A stretch of DNA of 64,000 bases from an uncultured Gemmatimonadales bacterium (GTDB taxonomy: Bacteria > Gemmatimonadota > Gemmatimonadetes > Gemmatimonadales > Gemmatimonadaceae). Made by a program: the position numbers and the translations under genes. The DNA is taken from positions 4,416,001 through 4,480,000 of the forward strand of contig OY969695.1 in the NCBI GenBank assembly GCA_963701965.1. Direction: 5' to 3'. This document shows, in pieces, positions 62,730-64,000 of the stretch. Numbering within the stretch: the stretch's first letter is position 1; each line of letters opens with the position of its first letter. The notes under the pieces were generated by a model. It searched no databases. It had not been told where the DNA came from and worked only from the letters and a program-made list of their open reading frames with translations.

Positions 62730-64000
62730 GCACGACGAACGCCAGCAGCGTCGCGAACACGCCGCGATAGTCGAACCGGCCCAACTGTTCGGTCAGGAGC
62801 GTCCCCAGGCCGCCGGCCCCGACGATGCCGACGAGCACCGTCCCGCGCAGACATTCTTCCCACCGATACGCCGCCAGCGTGAGCGCGCGCGGCCGGAGCG
62901 CGGGCAGCACCGCGTACAAGACGACGCGGGTGGGCCGGGCGCCGAGCGCGTCGAGCGCCGCGATGGGCGCGGGATCGAGCTCCTCGATCGCATCGGCCAG
63001 CAGGCGACCCAGTACCCCGAAGTTGAACAACGCGAGCCCGACGACCCCGGGGAGCGTGCCGGGGAACAGGACGAACAACGCGATCAGCGTCCACACGGGC
63101 GCGGAACCCGCGCGCGAGACGAGCAGGAGTGCGCGAGAGGCCGTGCGCGAGAAGCGTCCGCCGCGCGCCGCAACGACGGCCACGGCGAGGCCGGCGACGA
63201 AGGCCAATACCAGCGCCAGCACGGACATGGCGAGCGTGTCGCCAGAGAGCCGGAGCAACTCGCCTGCCGAAGCCCCGGTGAAACGGGGCGGGATCGCGTC
63301 ACGCAGATTGCCGAACAGCAGGCGATAGGTCCGCGGGCTCGCCAGCCGCGAGACATCGACGCGGAGATACCATACCGACCACACCAGGAGCCCGGCGCCG
63401 ATCACCAATGATGCGCGCACGAACCGTCCGCGGCGCACAGTGCCGCTCCAGGCATCGGAGACGCCGCACACGAGAATGAGCGCGTACAGAAAGGTCCAAA
63501 CCTCCCCGTAGCGCAGGGATTGCATGCTGAGCAAGACTTGGAACCCCAACCCGCCGGCGCCGATCATGCCCAGCACAATCGCCGCGCGGATCGCGCACTC
63601 GAACCGGTAGAACCCATACGCGATCAAGTCGGGTGCGGCCGCCGGTACCAGACCGTAGCCCAACGCGGCGACCGGCCCGGCGCCCGAGGCGCGCAGCGCG
63701 TCGAAGGTCTGGGGCGACGTGTCGTCGAGCGTCTCGCCCGTGATGCGCGCGGTAATCGCGCCATAATGGATCGCCAACGCCAAGATCGCCGTGAGCGGCG
63801 TGAGGCCGAGGCAGCTCACGAGGAGCAGGCCCCACACGACCTCGTGCAGGGATCGAGGAATCGCCAGGAGACCCCGCCAGATACCCAGCGCGGCGCGGTG
63901 CCCGCCGATCGCGCGCCACCAGACGCTGGACGAGAGCACACCACCGACAGAGCCCACGACGCACGCCGCCGCGGTGCCGACCACGGCGAACGCGATCGTC
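62629..64000 (-). CDS. PhnE/PtxC-type ABC permease with two fused permease domains (start beyond the right edge)
   Basis: RSLHEVVWGLL...YRFECAIRAAIVLGMIGAGGLG, repeated as YRWEECLRGTVLVGIVGAGGLG; the frame is open to the window end. Confidence 0.85.
   Translation of the reverse strand, partial: TIAFAVVGTAAACVVGSVGGVLSSSVWWRAIGGHRAALGIWRGLLAIPRSLHEVVWGLLLVSCLGLTPLTAILALAIHYGAITARITGETLDDTSPQTFDALRASGAGPVAALGYGLVPAAAPDLIAYGFYRFECAIRAAIVLGMIGAGGLGFQVLLSMQSLRYGEVWTFLYALILVCGVSDAWSGTVRRGRFVRASLVIGAGLLVWSVWYLRVDVSRLASPRTYRLLFGNLRDAIPPRFTGASAGELLRLSGDTLAMSVLALVLAFVAGLAVAVVAARGGRFSRTASRALLLVSRAGSAPVWTLIALFVLFPGTLPGVVGLALFNFGVLGRLLADAIEELDPAPIAALDALGARPTRVVLYAVLPALRPRALTLAAYRWEECLRGTVLVGIVGAGGLGTLLTEQLGRFDYRGVFATLLAFVVLTVSAEWAVRASRPSVPLRDDIEPRHAPRPRPG

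Overview
High-GC bacterial chromosome segment, most likely Gemmatimonadota (inference from the SusC/SusD-type genes, Hanks kinases and the integrase motif; no database check was possible). 1-16.5 kb is a type VI secretion system (T6SS) locus: tssK (divergent, running off the left edge), an embedded SAM methyltransferase, then tssB-tssC-hcp-tagJ-tssA-tssE-tssF-tssG-tssH-vgrG-DUF6931-PAAR. It continues without a recognisable toxin/immunity pair into a lipoprotein with Ig/BACON repeats tipped by a c-type heme domain, an outer-membrane beta-barrel and two convergent Ser/Thr kinases. 24-40 kb is core metabolism: an MCP, an ABC-2 exporter, speA, a superoxide dismutase, DedA, a TrmH/TrmJ-type methyltransferase, an alternative complex III operon (actABCDEF) preceded by a perfect Rex-type palindrome, and trxC. 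tRNA-Ala(TGC) at 40025 is the insertion site of a decayed ~5.3 kb island (46-bp direct repeat, tandem 12-bp arm-like repeats, tyrosine-integrase remnant) carrying a SusC/SusD pair. 45-64 kb is an accessory-looking region with hydrolases, a groES-groEL operon without a CIRCE box that shares a 33-bp motif with a neighbouring CarH-like MerR regulator, an HxlR module, two duplicated gene families and a phosphonate-type permease. About eight single-base frameshifts in conserved genes suggest sequencing or assembly indels.
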